A DNA stretch of 64,000 nucleotides from Myxococcota bacterium. GTDB taxonomy: Bacteria; Myxococcota_A; Polyangia; HGW-17. Location: contig JAHJMN010000131.1 of assembly GCA_018821305.1 (NCBI GenBank), positions 44,106-108,105 of the forward strand, in the 5' to 3' direction. Under the pieces are notes generated by a model that was given only the letters and a program-made list of their open reading frames with translations, was not told the origin of the DNA and searched no databases. The translations under genes were made by a program, and so were the position numbers. Each line of letters begins with the position of its first letter. Within the stretch, counting starts at the first letter, position 1. Positions 47,698 to 59,800 of the stretch are shown here, piece by piece.

Positions 47698-48369
47698 TCA
47701 GGTTTTCTGGCCGTGTTTGCCTATGTGACGGACTATGGAGCCTTCTACCATGTAGATGACATCTTCAGCGATGTTGACGGCGAGATCTCCCATTCGTTCG
47801 AGGTTTCGTGAAATTCCCATCATGTGAATATAACTATCGAGATTTTCGGGGTTTTTAAGGATGCTTGATTCAACGAGGGAGTACATTTCACGGTTCATGG
47901 TATCGAGTTTGTCATCCATCTCGCGCACCGATTGAGCCTTATCCGCATCGGAAGTACTGAGGGCATCAAAACAGCCCTTGAGCATATTCCGGGCGCAGGT
48001 GGCCATGGCGTTAAAGTCATAAGGTATTTCCAGAAGATCATGTGTTGCGAGATGTACTGCTTTTTCACCTATGTTGGCGGCGAGATCCCCGATGCGTTCA
48101 AGATCGTTATTCATTTTAAGAATTGCAATCACCATACGCAGATCTCCGGCCACGGGTTGATAAAGAGCCAGAATTTTGAGACATTCTTCCTCGAGTTCCA
48201 CTTCCATCTGGTCAATCTGATTATCGTTTTCAATAACGAGTTTTGCAAGGCCCTGATTACGCTTTCCCACGGCTTCCACGGCCCGGGAGAGACTTTCCTC
48301 CACCATGCTTTCCAGAGTGTAGAGTTTTTTGATGAGTTTTTCTGTTTCTTTTCTGAGTCGAATAGTCAT
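47698..48369 (-). CDS. phoU: phosphate transport system regulator PhoU
   Basis: Duplicated PhoU motifs 'NNDLERIGDLAANI' and 'SRNLERMGDLAVNIAE'. Confidence 0.88.
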   Translation of the reverse strand: MTIRLRKETEKLIKKLYTLESMVEESLSRAVEAVGKRNQGLAKLVIENDNQIDQMEVELEEECLKILALYQPVAGDLRMVIAILKMNNDLERIGDLAANIGEKAVHLATHDLLEIPYDFNAMATCARNMLKGCFDALSTSDADKAQSVREMDDKLDTMNREMYSLVESSILKNPENLDSYIHMMGISRNLERMGDLAVNIAEDVIYMVEGSIVRHIGKHGQKT

Positions 48370-48378
48370 TTGAGCCTC

Positions 48379-49200
48379 TTAACTGAAATGTCCCGTAATA
48401 TATTCTTCTGTTTTCTTTTCTTTTGGATTGGTAAAAATATCCGGAGTAAAGCCGTATTCCACAATGTATCCCTTGTAGAAAAAAGCCGTAAAATCACTGA
48501 TTCGCGCCGCCTGCTGCATGTTATGCGTAACGATGGCAATGGTGTAGTTGCCCCGCAGGGAGTCGATAAGATCTTCAATAGCACTCGTGGCGACGGGATC
48601 GATCGCCGATGTGGGTTCATCCATTAACAGCACGTCAGGTTCCACGGCAATGGCCCGGGCAATGCACAGACGCTGCTGCTGGCCACCGGACAGGGCAAGG
48701 GCGCTTTTCCCGAGAACATCCTTTACTTCATCCCACAAAGCTGCCTGTCGAAGGGCTTTTTCCACACGTTCGCGCAACTCTTTTCGTGAAACTCGGAAGT
48801 GAAGTTTCAATCCATAAGCTACATTATCGAAAACCGTCATGGGAAAAGGCGTGGGTTTCTGGAATATCATTCCTACCCGTCGGCGAAGTTCAATGAGGTC
48901 GACTTTTTCTGTGAGGATATCCTGTTTGCCGAAAACCACTCGACCTTCTGCCCGCTGATCCCGATAAAGTTCAAAAATCCGGTTGTAAATTCTGATATGA
49001 GTGGATTTGCCGCACCCCGAAGGTCCTATGATGGCTGTAACGGCCTTTTCTTTGATTTCCAGATTGTTATCGAAAAGCACCTGCTGATTGCCATAGAAAA
49101 AGTTAAGCTTTTCCGTGTAAATAGCGGGAATGGCGTTTTCCAGATTCTGTCTGGTGGTAGTCTTGAATGCTTTTGAATCGGTCTTTGTCTCAACCATCAT
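48379..49200 (-). CDS. pstB: phosphate ABC transporter ATP-binding protein
   Basis: Walker A 'GPSGCGKST', signature 'LSGGQQQRLCIARAIAV', Walker B 'LLMDEPTSAID'. Confidence 0.92.
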   Translation of the reverse strand: MMVETKTDSKAFKTTTRQNLENAIPAIYTEKLNFFYGNQQVLFDNNLEIKEKAVTAIIGPSGCGKSTHIRIYNRIFELYRDQRAEGRVVFGKQDILTEKVDLIELRRRVGMIFQKPTPFPMTVFDNVAYGLKLHFRVSRKELRERVEKALRQAALWDEVKDVLGKSALALSGGQQQRLCIARAIAVEPDVLLMDEPTSAIDPVATSAIEDLIDSLRGNYTIAIVTHNMQQAARISDFTAFFYKGYIVEYGFTPDIFTNPKEKKTEEYITGHFS

Positions 49201-49212
49201 GAGCTCACTTTG

Positions 49213-50064
49213 TTATTTTTTGTTCATCCGGTCGGCGAAAGTAATTCTTGTGATAATTGTTATAATAAGAACGGCCCCCATTACGAGTAAAGATGCACCC
49301 CAGGCGATTTTAACAAGGTCATCGTAGGGTTGTGGTGCGTAATTATAGATTGTCATCGTGAGGTTCGCCGTTTCTTTATTGAGATCCGACGGCCAGAACT
49401 GACTGAATCGCGCCGTGAAAATAAGAGGTGCCGTTTCTCCACTCACCCGGGCAAGGGAAAGGATAATACCCGTAATGAGCCCGGATTTTGCCGCCCGGAA
49501 AAGAATCTGAATTGTAGCTTTCCACCGCGGGGTTCCTAGGGCCAGAGCGCTTTCCCGCAGGTGGTCCGGAACCATACGCAACATGTCTTCGGTAGTGCGG
49601 GCAATAACGGGAATCATGATGATACTGAGGGCAATGGCTCCGGCATAGCCGCTCCCGTGCTTGATTCGAACGATTATTACAGCGTATATGAAAATGCCGA
49701 TTATGATGGACGGCACACCCATCAGGATGTTGACTCCGAAGCGGATAACTGATCCCAGTTTTGTGTGTCGGCCCCACTCACTGAGGTAAACTCCTGCAGC
49801 TACTCCCGTAGGAATTCCGATAAGGGCCGCGACGCCGGTTATCATCAGGGTTCCGTAAATCGCATTGCGCACTCCACCGCCGGGTACCCCCGCAGGTCTC
49901 ATATCCCTGGTAAAGAAGTTCCAGTTTATTACACTGGCTCCCTTTAAAAACACATCTTTTATTATTATAAAAAGTATGAAAAGGCCGAAAATTGCCGTGG
50001 CAATGGCCATCACCATGAGAAGTTTTTCTTTTAAGCGCCGGATTGAATGAGATCGAGGTATCAT
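49213..50064 (-). CDS. pstA: phosphate ABC transporter permease PstA
   Basis: Six-TM permease with the EAA-like loop 'ESALALGTPRWKATIQILF'. Confidence 0.88.
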   Translation of the reverse strand: MIPRSHSIRRLKEKLLMVMAIATAIFGLFILFIIIKDVFLKGASVINWNFFTRDMRPAGVPGGGVRNAIYGTLMITGVAALIGIPTGVAAGVYLSEWGRHTKLGSVIRFGVNILMGVPSIIIGIFIYAVIIVRIKHGSGYAGAIALSIIMIPVIARTTEDMLRMVPDHLRESALALGTPRWKATIQILFRAAKSGLITGIILSLARVSGETAPLIFTARFSQFWPSDLNKETANLTMTIYNYAPQPYDDLVKIAWGASLLVMGAVLIITIITRITFADRMNKK

Positions 50065-50990
50065 TTCAGTACCCCCGATTTACGACCGAGATGCCGGATC
50101 CACCAGTTGGACGCCACCTGCAGCACAATTGTAATTGCAAAAAGAATAAGGGCAAGTTCCAGAAGAACACCGTAAAACAGGGGTTGATCCGCCGCCTCTC
50201 CGAAGTCATTGGCTAAAGTGGAAGCAATGGTGTTACCTTCCCGGAAAATCTGAGTTGTGAAATTATGACCATTGCCGATAACAAAGGTAACAGCCATGGT
50301 TTCCCCTACGGCACGGCCGAGGCCGAGGAATGTGGCGCCCACAAGCCCCCGTAATGATGCGGGAAGCATGATGTTTTTTGTTACTTCCCACCTTGTGGCG
50401 CCCATTCCGAAACCTGATTCCCTTAGAACATCAGGAACCATGCGAAAAACATCTCTCATTACCGATGTGATGTAGGGAACAATCATTATCGCTAGAATTA
50501 CGCCGGCGGTGAAGACACCCTGACCACCGATGACCTTACCTCCGAAGATAAAACTGTGCCCTGTGATTCTCTGAAGATTTGGAATGACATGCTTTGCTAA
50601 AAATGGAGCAAGTACGAAAAGACCCCACATACCATAGACAATGCTTGGAATTGCCGCGAGAAGCTCAATGGCAAATCCCACGGGAATACTTATGTATGGC
50701 GGCGCATATTCCACTAAAAAGAGGGCGATCATTATGCTCAGGGGAAGGGCAATAAGCAGGGCGATAAAAGTACTTACTAAAGTGCCGAAAACTGAACTGA
50801 TTGCTCCGAATTCTCCCTTTACGGGATTCCAGTCACTGGAAAAGAAAAACCCGAAACCGAATTTTGAAAACGAAATGAGGGACGCATTAAAAAGAATGAT
50901 TAAGATGCCCGCAAGTATGATCAGAATAGCACACCCCGCAAGGGCAGTTATTCCATGAAATAAACGGTCACCATTACTGCGCCAGGGCAT
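50061..50990 (-). CDS. pstC: phosphate ABC transporter permease PstC
   Basis: TM permease with the EAA-like loop 'ESGFGMGATRWEVTKNIMLP'. It overlaps the pstA start by 4 nt. Confidence 0.88.
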   Translation of the reverse strand: MPWRSNGDRLFHGITALAGCAILIILAGILIILFNASLISFSKFGFGFFFSSDWNPVKGEFGAISSVFGTLVSTFIALLIALPLSIMIALFLVEYAPPYISIPVGFAIELLAAIPSIVYGMWGLFVLAPFLAKHVIPNLQRITGHSFIFGGKVIGGQGVFTAGVILAIMIVPYITSVMRDVFRMVPDVLRESGFGMGATRWEVTKNIMLPASLRGLVGATFLGLGRAVGETMAVTFVIGNGHNFTTQIFREGNTIASTLANDFGEAADQPLFYGVLLELALILFAITIVLQVASNWWIRHLGRKSGVLK

Positions 50991-51010
50991 TACACAAGCC
51001 TTTCATCCAG

Positions 51011-51133
51011 TTACTGTCCTGAAATACAAAAAATCAAATTTTTAGCCGATTTTTTTGCTCAGGACAGTAAGAGCAAGTTGCTCAATTTATTGTAGTGTCC
51101 TGTTATGACTTTTAATAAATCCTAACAGGACAC
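51011..51133. promoter_or_regulatory. pstS-pstC intercistronic stem-loops (12-bp and 11-bp perfect inverted repeats)
   Basis: TTACTGTCCTGA (51011-51022) pairs with TCAGGACAGTAA (51058-51069). GTGTCCTGTTA (51096-51106) pairs with TAACAGGACAC (51123-51133). Confidence 0.7.
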
Positions 51134-51147
51134 AAACTACTTATTCG

Positions 51148-52182
51148 CTAAAAGACTTTTTTTCCACCAACGGTGATGTTCTTCCACTGTTTTTCCACAA
51201 GCTCAACCACTTTGGGAGGCATGGGAACATAGTGAAGTTTTAAAGCGGAGGCATTACCGTTTTTATAACACCAGCGGAAATATTCCGTGATGCCCTTGGC
51301 TTTTGCCGCGGAGGACTGCTCTTTATGAATAAGGATGAATGTAGCCCCTGTGATAGGCCAGGACTGATCACCAGGCTGATCCGTTAAAACCACGGCAAAT
51401 CCTGGAGTTTTTTCCCAGTCCGCGTTTGCTGCGGCAGCACTGAAAGATTCGGAGGAAGGACTTACAAATTTACCGGCCTTGTTTTTTAACTGTGTAAACG
51501 GAATATTATTCTGCAGAGAATATGCATATTCCACATAGCCGATGGCTCCTTCGATTTTTTTAATATTGGCTGCAACACCTTCGTTACCTTTGCCGCCAAT
51601 ACCGCAGGGCCACTTTACAGCTTTACCGGTGCCCACATCCTTTTTCCAGTCCGCATCAGCTTTGGAGAGGTAGTTTGTGAAAATCCAGGTTGTTCCGGAG
51701 CCGTCAGCACGGTGAACGATACTGATTTCTTTATCCGGGAGTTTGAGATCGCCGTTTGCGGCTACGAGGGCCGGGTCATTCCATTTTTTTATTTTACAAC
51801 GAAAAATGGAGGACAGTAGTTCCGGGGTAAGTTTGAGTTTACCGGATTCAATTCCGGGAACATTGAAGGCAACTACAACGCCGCCCATGAGCATGGGAAA
51901 CTGCATGAGGCCGTTTTTATCGAGATCTGCTGCTTTCATGGGACTGTCCGAAGCACCGAAATCAACAGTCTTCTTTTTAATCTGAGCAACGCCGGCACCG
52001 CTGCCGACACTCTGATAGTTAATCTGGATGCCTGTAGCGGTATGATATGCATACGCCCACTTGGAGTAAGCCGGGAACGGGAAGGAAGCTCCGGCTCCTG
52101 AAAGATTCTGTTTGTCGGACTTCTTTTCACCGCCGCAAGCAGCAACCATAAGAGATATAAGTAAAATCAATGTTTTTTTCAT
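51148..52182 (-). CDS. pstS: phosphate-binding protein PstS (lipoprotein)
   Basis: Lipobox (LMVAAC). 'GAGASFPFPAYSKWA' and 'SGTT' phosphate-binding motifs. Confidence 0.88.
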   Translation of the reverse strand: MKKTLILLISLMVAACGGEKKSDKQNLSGAGASFPFPAYSKWAYAYHTATGIQINYQSVGSGAGVAQIKKKTVDFGASDSPMKAADLDKNGLMQFPMLMGGVVVAFNVPGIESGKLKLTPELLSSIFRCKIKKWNDPALVAANGDLKLPDKEISIVHRADGSGTTWIFTNYLSKADADWKKDVGTGKAVKWPCGIGGKGNEGVAANIKKIEGAIGYVEYAYSLQNNIPFTQLKNKAGKFVSPSSESFSAAAANADWEKTPGFAVVLTDQPGDQSWPITGATFILIHKEQSSAAKAKGITEYFRWCYKNGNASALKLHYVPMPPKVVELVEKQWKNITVGGKKVF

Positions 52183-52195
52183 TATGTATCCTCCG

Positions 52196-52211
52196 GGTCC
52201 TGAGCAGGACC
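52196..52211. promoter_or_regulatory. palindrome GGTCCTGAGCAGGACC in the pstS 5' leader, immediately upstream of the SD
   Basis: Perfect 7-bp arms, with the GGAGG SD at 52189-52193 (minus strand) and the start codon at 52182. Confidence 0.55.
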
Positions 52212-52429
52212 GCAGTATTTGTAAAAGTTCGTGTCCAGAAATTCAATTTTTTCAAAATGGAGCATGTTTAGAAAACCTGCCATTCAGAACACTGTCATCA
52301 TTTTAAGGGTTTCATTCTTAATGCTCTGTGTCCGAGTGTGGTGTAAATTTGAAAAGATCGAATTACAGAACATTAACTAAACAATTAATGTTAGAATTGA
52401 GTTAAAATGAGATTAGTTTTAAGAGAATT

Positions 52430-53656
52430 TTAATATTTGAACATTGTGCTTACGAAGATGGCGGATTTGTCGTTTCCATCACCTTTGTGACCACTGTTGG
52501 ATTCCATCTGATAGTTGAGGGAAAGGGCGAAGTTCTTCTTCGGTTTCCAGCTGATGCCGGCGACAATGCGCGTCCAGGTATCATCTTCATCACGATTGGA
52601 ATCTGTGTACATGGCATAGTTTGCAAAGAAGGCGAACTTCTCCCATTTTACGGCGATGTAAGGGGAAATAACCATGGCGCCTTCGTCACCGTCCATGCCA
52701 TTTTTAATCATCATAGCTTCAAGCATGAAATCAACGAATTTGTGATTGAAAGAAATTGCTCCACCGAAAACGTTGGCTCTGAAATCATCAATATTTCCAA
52801 GACCGTCATCGAATTGATAGCCCTTTGTACCAAAATAGAGGTGAATTCCGAGGCCGTGAAGAGGACTGGCTTTATCCTGAATTGGCTTAACTGTCACGCG
52901 AGCTTCAATGAGATTGTTTGGGAGTTCTTCACCGGGAGCAGGGTCTTTGTAGCCGTTACCGTTGAAAACACCGGCATTAACCGTGACCATTTTATTCATG
53001 AAACTGCCGTTATAAGCAACACCGGTATCAGCACTGTCAAAGAGTTTAAAATGATCCATGGCGGACTTCATTACATATCTGTACCCGAAGATTTCGTCCA
53101 TGGTTCCAACCCATACTCTGGCCTGGGTTCCAAAGAGAATGTACTGCTCCGGTGCAACTTTTGCCTGAAAATATGCATACTTGATATAGGCTAGATTAGG
53201 ATCATTTTTAGCATCTGGGATACTTCCCATATAATAACCGAAATCAAGAGTAGTGCGGGCGGTTAGCCAACTTGCCATTTTTGCTTTTGCGGTTACATAC
53301 ATTCTTGTAACATTGAAAGTACTTTCTTTTATATCATTACCGCCATTTTCTTCATCTCTGAGATCCATATTCCAGTTTCCGTGGAATTCTGCTCCGATTT
53401 TAACGCGGCTGTGTTTTTTGTGCTTTTTTTTCGGGGCATCTTCGCGATTCATGGCTTTGCCGACTTCATCTTTAGGGGCTGCTTTTGTTTCAGTATCAGC
53501 AGGCTTGGGATCGGCTGGTTTAGTTTCCTCTGTAGTTTTAACTTCAGTCTTCGGAGTTTCTGCGCCTTCGGGTTTTGTTGTATCCGGGCTCTGAGCGGAA
53601 GCAACGGATGTGGCAAGAAACGAAATGAATGCAATTTTACTTAAAAACTTTACCAT
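52430..53656 (-). CDS. outer-membrane porin, probably phosphate-selective porin O/P family
   Basis: Sec signal 'MVKFLSKIAFISFLATSVASA'. A Lys/Pro/Thr-rich linker is followed by a beta-strand-rich body ending '...STMFKY' with a C-terminal aromatic. It sits immediately upstream of pstSCAB-phoU. Confidence 0.6.
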   Translation of the reverse strand: MVKFLSKIAFISFLATSVASAQSPDTTKPEGAETPKTEVKTTEETKPADPKPADTETKAAPKDEVGKAMNREDAPKKKHKKHSRVKIGAEFHGNWNMDLRDEENGGNDIKESTFNVTRMYVTAKAKMASWLTARTTLDFGYYMGSIPDAKNDPNLAYIKYAYFQAKVAPEQYILFGTQARVWVGTMDEIFGYRYVMKSAMDHFKLFDSADTGVAYNGSFMNKMVTVNAGVFNGNGYKDPAPGEELPNNLIEARVTVKPIQDKASPLHGLGIHLYFGTKGYQFDDGLGNIDDFRANVFGGAISFNHKFVDFMLEAMMIKNGMDGDEGAMVISPYIAVKWEKFAFFANYAMYTDSNRDEDDTWTRIVAGISWKPKKNFALSLNYQMESNSGHKGDGNDKSAIFVSTMFKY

Positions 53657-53838
53657 GTATCCTCCTTAGGCCGGGAAACAAAGTCCGGCGGTTTTGACCG
53701 TTTTCAGCTTAGAAGGATCGATAAACTTCTAGATTAGACTGAAAACGGTATGGGTAAAAACTGAAGTGAATATTAACCGCAATTGTTAAGACTTGATTAA
53801 CTACCCGTGAGTTATAAATGAAAACTGAAGGAGGGAAA

Positions 53839-56800
53839 TCAGCGGACTACTTTTACGAACTCGGTGCCGTTGCGGCCGAAGGATTCCGGTGCGTACATTT
53901 CATGAGCTTTGAGGGGGGGAACTACGAAATCACCCACGGTAGTGGCTCTCACGATGTAGGAGTGCTCATAAACACCTGCAGGAAGTCGATCGTAGAAGAG
54001 AACGTATCGTTCATCACGCATTTCTTTGTGATCAGGATGTCTTGACCAGTACCAGGACCAGTAATAACCCATGGAACGGCCGGAGTTTTTCACGTTGTCA
54101 CGCAGGGTGCTTGATGCTGATGTCTTAAGCTGCATGTCAACACCTTCAAAACCGGCAGGGAACGGATCATCAATGGCTACGTAGTATTTGCGGTCGGAGA
54201 CAACGACTGTAAGCCTGACTCGAACGTATTTTCCGGCTTTCACTGTCCAACTGCCATCGGCATTTTTCACAACATCGTTTTTGTCTTCAACGGGTTCATA
54301 CTTACGCATAACCGTAAAGCCCTGATCTTCAGGTTTCAGTTTGAGATCCGCAGGAACGTAGGTAAGACCAAGGCGATAATAAAGTTTTCCTTCACCTTTT
54401 TTAGCTAGCACGAGGTCTGCATTTCCCTGTTTTGCAACGTATTCCATGGGAATTCGTTTGTGGGTGATTGCCATGGAGCGGCCTTTGTACTCTTTGGAAC
54501 CGATATATCCTTTACCGAGCCATACCATGGCTTTGTAATTTGGAGTGACGTTTTCATATTTTCTATAATAATATGAAACTGTTTCAAGGGCAAAGGAGTT
54601 GGCAAGAGAACTTTCCCAGGAGCCTTTAATTCGAGATTCCATCAGGGCGCGCATGATTTTCGGAATCATGATATCCTTGGGAGATACTTCCATTAATGCC
54701 CTCATAACGATGGAATCACTCATGGAATTTGAATGCATGAGAAGTTTAAGATCTTCTGCGGTGCTTTCGGCAAAGTGGATGCCCCGGGCGCTTTCCACGG
54801 CGGAATTCTGAATAAGTCTCATGAGTTCTTTGACTTCGTAATTTTCGCCGTGCATACGGTAAATGGAAGCCATGAGGAATGCTTTTGCAAATAAACCAAC
54901 TTTATCGCGGTTTGCAAAGAAATCATTGGTGGAGCGCTTGATTTTGTCATCGGTTACATAATATTTGCTGACCCATTTTTCGTTTCTGAGTTGGGTTAAA
55001 ACCCAGTATCCGAAGAACTTAGTTGTCCAGCTGTAGTAATAATATGTTCGCCAGTTGCGCCAGTAGTAATCGTCCTGTAATAGACGCATTATGTATGTTG
55101 ATGCCTGGGTAAGGCTGTTTTCAGGGACGTTGTATCCTTCTTTTTTCGCCATGTATAAAACCCAGGTGGCATAAACAGATACAAAGGGAGATGTGTAGTA
55201 GTGGCCCGGCCAGTAACTGAATCCACCGGAATAGTTCTGGTAGGTAAGTAACTTATTAATAAGTTGCTGACCCATAGCTGCCTGAGCGTCAAGATCCTTG
55301 ATTTTTGCGATTTTAAACTCTGAAAGAATATCCTTCAGGGTAATGAGGGGAATCAGTCTGGATGCTATGGATTCCGCACAATCATATGGATGATCAACGA
55401 GTTTCAAAACAGCATCCTGAAGACCCGTTAGAGCCGTTGACGAAAGATGAATATCAAGACCACCAAAGTTTTTCATGATATTTTTTGGCGGTTTGATGGG
55501 CTGAGCAATGGCAGTTTCCGTAACACCGTAAGTTGCCGTTGCTTCGGAAGATGAAGGCACGTTGACTTTTACGGGAGGAGGTTCCACGGAGTCTGTTTCT
55601 TCACCGATGAATCCTGAGAATCTGAAGCGTGCCTGCCCCGGCCACAGAGTTTTGACTTTAAAGTAGACTTCTGCGGGTTTGCCGTTCTCTACATCAACGG
55701 TTTTAGTATTTTTATCAAGAAGTTCGAATCCTACGCCTTCAATCTTAACTGTAGCTTTGCCCGTAGAACCCGTCATGTTGTTTACGACTACTGCTGCCTC
55801 AAAGCTGTCACCATAGTTGGCAAATCTTGGCAGTGCAGGCCGGATCATGAATTTGCGGCGGATGGAAACTTTTTCATCACCACGACCGTAGCGCGGTTTG
55901 GCGTCTTTTTCCATGGCCATGGCCATGAATCGATAACTTGTAAGATTTTCGGGCATCTGGATGGTTACTTTTACTTTGCCATCGGGTCCCGTTCGCAGTG
56001 TGGAATTGAAATAGGCTGTGGACGCAAAAAGTTTTCGAACTTTGAAGGTAAGTTTTCCGCCGCTTCTGCCATTTCTGGTTGATCCGGTAGATGCCTCGTC
56101 TACAGAAGCTTCACGTTCTTCTGCCACTTTCATTCTAGCCATTTTGTAGCCACCACCACCTTTGCCATTGCCGTAGGCCGCAGCAGAAGGATAAACACCG
56201 TCGTAAGCTTTATAACTTCTTCTCATCTGAGCCATGGGGCGCATCATTGGTTTGACGGCCAGTTTCTTTTTGGGATCCTTGAGGAGATTCACTCGAATGT
56301 CACTCATTACTGTGCCCGTGCCTCTCCAGGGGTTAAAGGCACTGATTGGATTGGGAAGAGTGTAGCCCAAAAGACTCAGAACGCCTTCATCGACAACGGC
56401 AAGGGCAACTCTGGCCTCAACGGGTTTACCTGATGAATCAGTAGTCTGAATTTCCACATCGACTTTTTCACCGGGTTTGATTACCGGGCGTGAAGGAACC
56501 ACTGCAACATTGATCCTGCGACTTTCAGTGCTGATGGACATGTTGTGGGAACCTGTGGCGTACATTGGTCTTCCTGGATCTGCATCCATTTCCGTTGGTT
56601 TTTCATTGATACGACCACGGACCGCAGCAATGGAAACATTAACGTTAGGAATCATGTATTCTTCTATTTTAAATTTTTCGATATGAGTGCGGGATTTAAG
56701 TTCCACAATCTTATGTGAAATGAAACCTTCCCTTTCAAAACTGATAATTGCAAGACTCTTATCAAAAGGACCTTTGAAGAGAATTTCCGCTTCATCGCCG

Positions 56801-59800
56801 GGTTTGTACTCTTTTTTATTTGCGAGAATTTCGAATTTCCGGTCGTTTTTCTGTCTCCAGTTTTTAACGTTTTTACCATAAACCCATATATAAACATGAG
56901 ATTTGGCTTCACGACCTTTTTCGTCTTTTGAAATGGCTTCAAAGGTGTAGGAACCACCTTCTTTCAGGTTGAAATTGCAATCCACGGGATCAACGGCGGT
57001 GTTAACATTGCATTTTGCCTTTTCGACGATTTTAGATTCCCATTTACTCGTCCAGTATTTTCCGTCTTTAACCATTTTACGGGTCCATTCGGTCTGAACG
57101 GCACGGAGGGATACACTGCGGCCTGCAATGCGGTTACCATCAATGTCTGAGGCTACAATCTTAATTTTAAAATCCTGCTTTTCTTTTACAAGACCACCGG
57201 GCGTTTTTAATCCGATGTAGTAGGAAGCGGGATGAACCGTTACACTGTGTCGACCAGCTATGCTCTGGCGGTTTACATCAAATATCTGAGCTTCAAAGGT
57301 AAATGAACCGGCGCCGGGAAGTTTTTCTTTATCTTTGCCCTGTTCCAGTTGGACTTTAACTTTTGCAGTACCATCCGCTCCGAGTTTTCCGTTACCATTT
57401 TTGATTACTTTAGAATAATCATAGTAACTTCCCCAATAGTCCCATCCGCCCCACCAGGTGGGAACGCCAAAGGAAAATCCCGAGTGTTTTGGAGGACTGA
57501 ACCATGCACGCTGACGACGCAGAGACCACTGAAGTTCAGCACCATTCATGGGAGCTCCAAAAGTGTATTTTCCGGAGATATCAGCTGTATATGTGTCACC
57601 GAAATAATATGGACCGTTTGAACCGGTTACATTAACAATGTGCTCGGGAGCGCGATAGGCGAGAATCTGGAAACCGTAGTAAATTGTACGAGTTCCTTCA
57701 ATATTTGATGAACCGATAAGCTCGCCGTAAAAGTTGTAATAGCCGAGTCTGGCATCAACTTTTGAAGGAAATTCCACATGGAACATTCCTTCGGGATCAA
57801 CTTTTGTCTCACCTTTAAGGACTTCTGCACCCCGGGGATCCGTAATTCGATATTTTATTTTCATATCTTTCCCTTCTACGGGAACTACGGAGCCCTTGGG
57901 ACCATATGAACGCATTCTTAAAATACCAGCGATCTGAACTTTTTCACCAGCTCTGTAGGGATTCCGGTCAGAGAACATCTGGTAGGTAAGGTTTTTCATG
58001 TGAGGGATGTAACTGGACCACCAACTGTATGAACTCAGGTATCCGCCATCCTGACCATAGTGTTCTAAAGCCAGATATGCACTGTCGCGTGTGGCGTTTT
58101 TAGCTACAACAAGATGAGCCCCTGCTTCCCGGCTGGATAAAATGCCCGGGGCAACGATGGAACCATCTTTTGCAGTTTTGCCAGTAAACACTTTTTTAGA
58201 TAAGTATTTGCGGGAGGTTTTATCATAATAACGTTTATAAATATCAATATCAAGCCCGGAAGCGCTTTTGCCGCTTGTAAGTCCTGTGGTCATGACGATG
58301 ATTTTTTCGAGATCATATTTTGCTGTAATACCAATGTCCGTTACCTGAAGAAGAATCCATCGGTAGGGATCACTCCATCGATTGGTTTTCAGATCAGGGC
58401 TGTAAATTTCAGCAAGTACGATACCACCGGAACCACCGAGAACACGTTTAAGATCAACTCTATATTCCTGTTCGACATTTTTACGGGTATTGAGTTTAGC
58501 TTTATATACAACTTTTTTACCTGATAAGCCATCAGTTGGCTGATTGGGTTTGTAGTACTGATAATACCAGTTGCGGAGTTTTTCAACGGCAGTAAATAAA
58601 TTGTTTTCATCTATTTTAAGAAGAGTGATTGTAGCCGGAGTAATGTTATTGATTCCATTGACAATCAGAGCTGTGTTCTGTGTCTTTTCTATGACACCAT
58701 TGCGATAGGCCGGAAGGGAAAGGGCCGGCCATGCATCTTCAAAGATGATTTTACCTTTGAAATCGCTTGCGTATTTCTGAGTCCAGACATCTTCAACGCC
58801 TTTTTTCAGAGTTACGTTATAGTTGGTTGCCGCTTTAAAGTCGCCATAGAAATAAATGTTCTGATAACTGACCTGAATCTTCAGGTTCTCCACTTTGGGA
58901 GTAATGGTGATCATTTTAATCAGGTCTTTATCAGAAGTTTTAAGCTGGTTGTTAAAACCAATTCTTGGGGAATAACCAGGCTTGCAGGGCCCGAAATTCC
59001 ATCCACATCCAATTCCTTTTATGTTCAGGGGAGGATAAGTGGAAAAACTGAAGGAAATCGGTGCGAGAGTAACTAAGGGACCTTCAAGAGATTTGAGACC
59101 TGATTTCAGTGTGAATGTATAATATGTGTTCTTGTCAAGTTCACGAACAGGTTTCAGATAAACAACACGCTTAATTTGTTTGTCATTTCCGATATATGTG
59201 TACTTGTTATGGTTTTTCCATTCTGACTTGGGAACGAGCTTGAGGGCGACATTTCCCTTGCTGCTTGAGAGAGTGGCCATCTGTAAAATGTGATTGGGAT
59301 CCACATCCTGATTGAATTTAAGGGCAATGGGAATAAATGTGGAATGATGACCCCAGGAAGATGGAGTGCGATTATCAATTTTCACTACCGGAGTTGTAAA
59401 AGTAAAAAACTCCGTATCCTTTTTTTCATTTCCGAGAGCACTTTTAACGCCCCGGGGAATGGTAACCCTGTACTGAGTAGCATAGGGAAAGCGCATCGTA
59501 GGCTCAAATGCCAGAACACTTGTTCCCAGCCAGCGGAAACGGCCTTCAATTTTAGGTTCAATTGTAATTGGAAGATCAACGGCCCGTTGCTCTTCAAGAC
59601 TGGTCAGTGGCACCATGGGTTGATTGAAAGCAACGGTCATGGCCCCCATATTCTTAATTTCACCCTTTGGATGAACTCTGAGTACTTTAACATCACCATA
59701 AGTCGGTTTAGCAACAACCGAAGGTGGTGGTGGGAAATCGGACATTTTTTCTGTGGGACGTGGCGGTGGCTCCGGGCCCGCATAAAGGGTGAACTCTTTA

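Noticed and set aside
52183-52430. Pho box upstream of pstS (CTGTCAT at about 52290)
   Set aside because: There is only a single heptamer on the non-template orientation. No second half-site lies at 11-bp spacing. This is not enough to call.
52487-53644. Plus-strand ORFs within the porin gene (52487..53194, 53253..53594, 53381..53644)
   Set aside because: They are shadow ORFs, low-complexity Phe/Ser-rich translations of the antisense strand.
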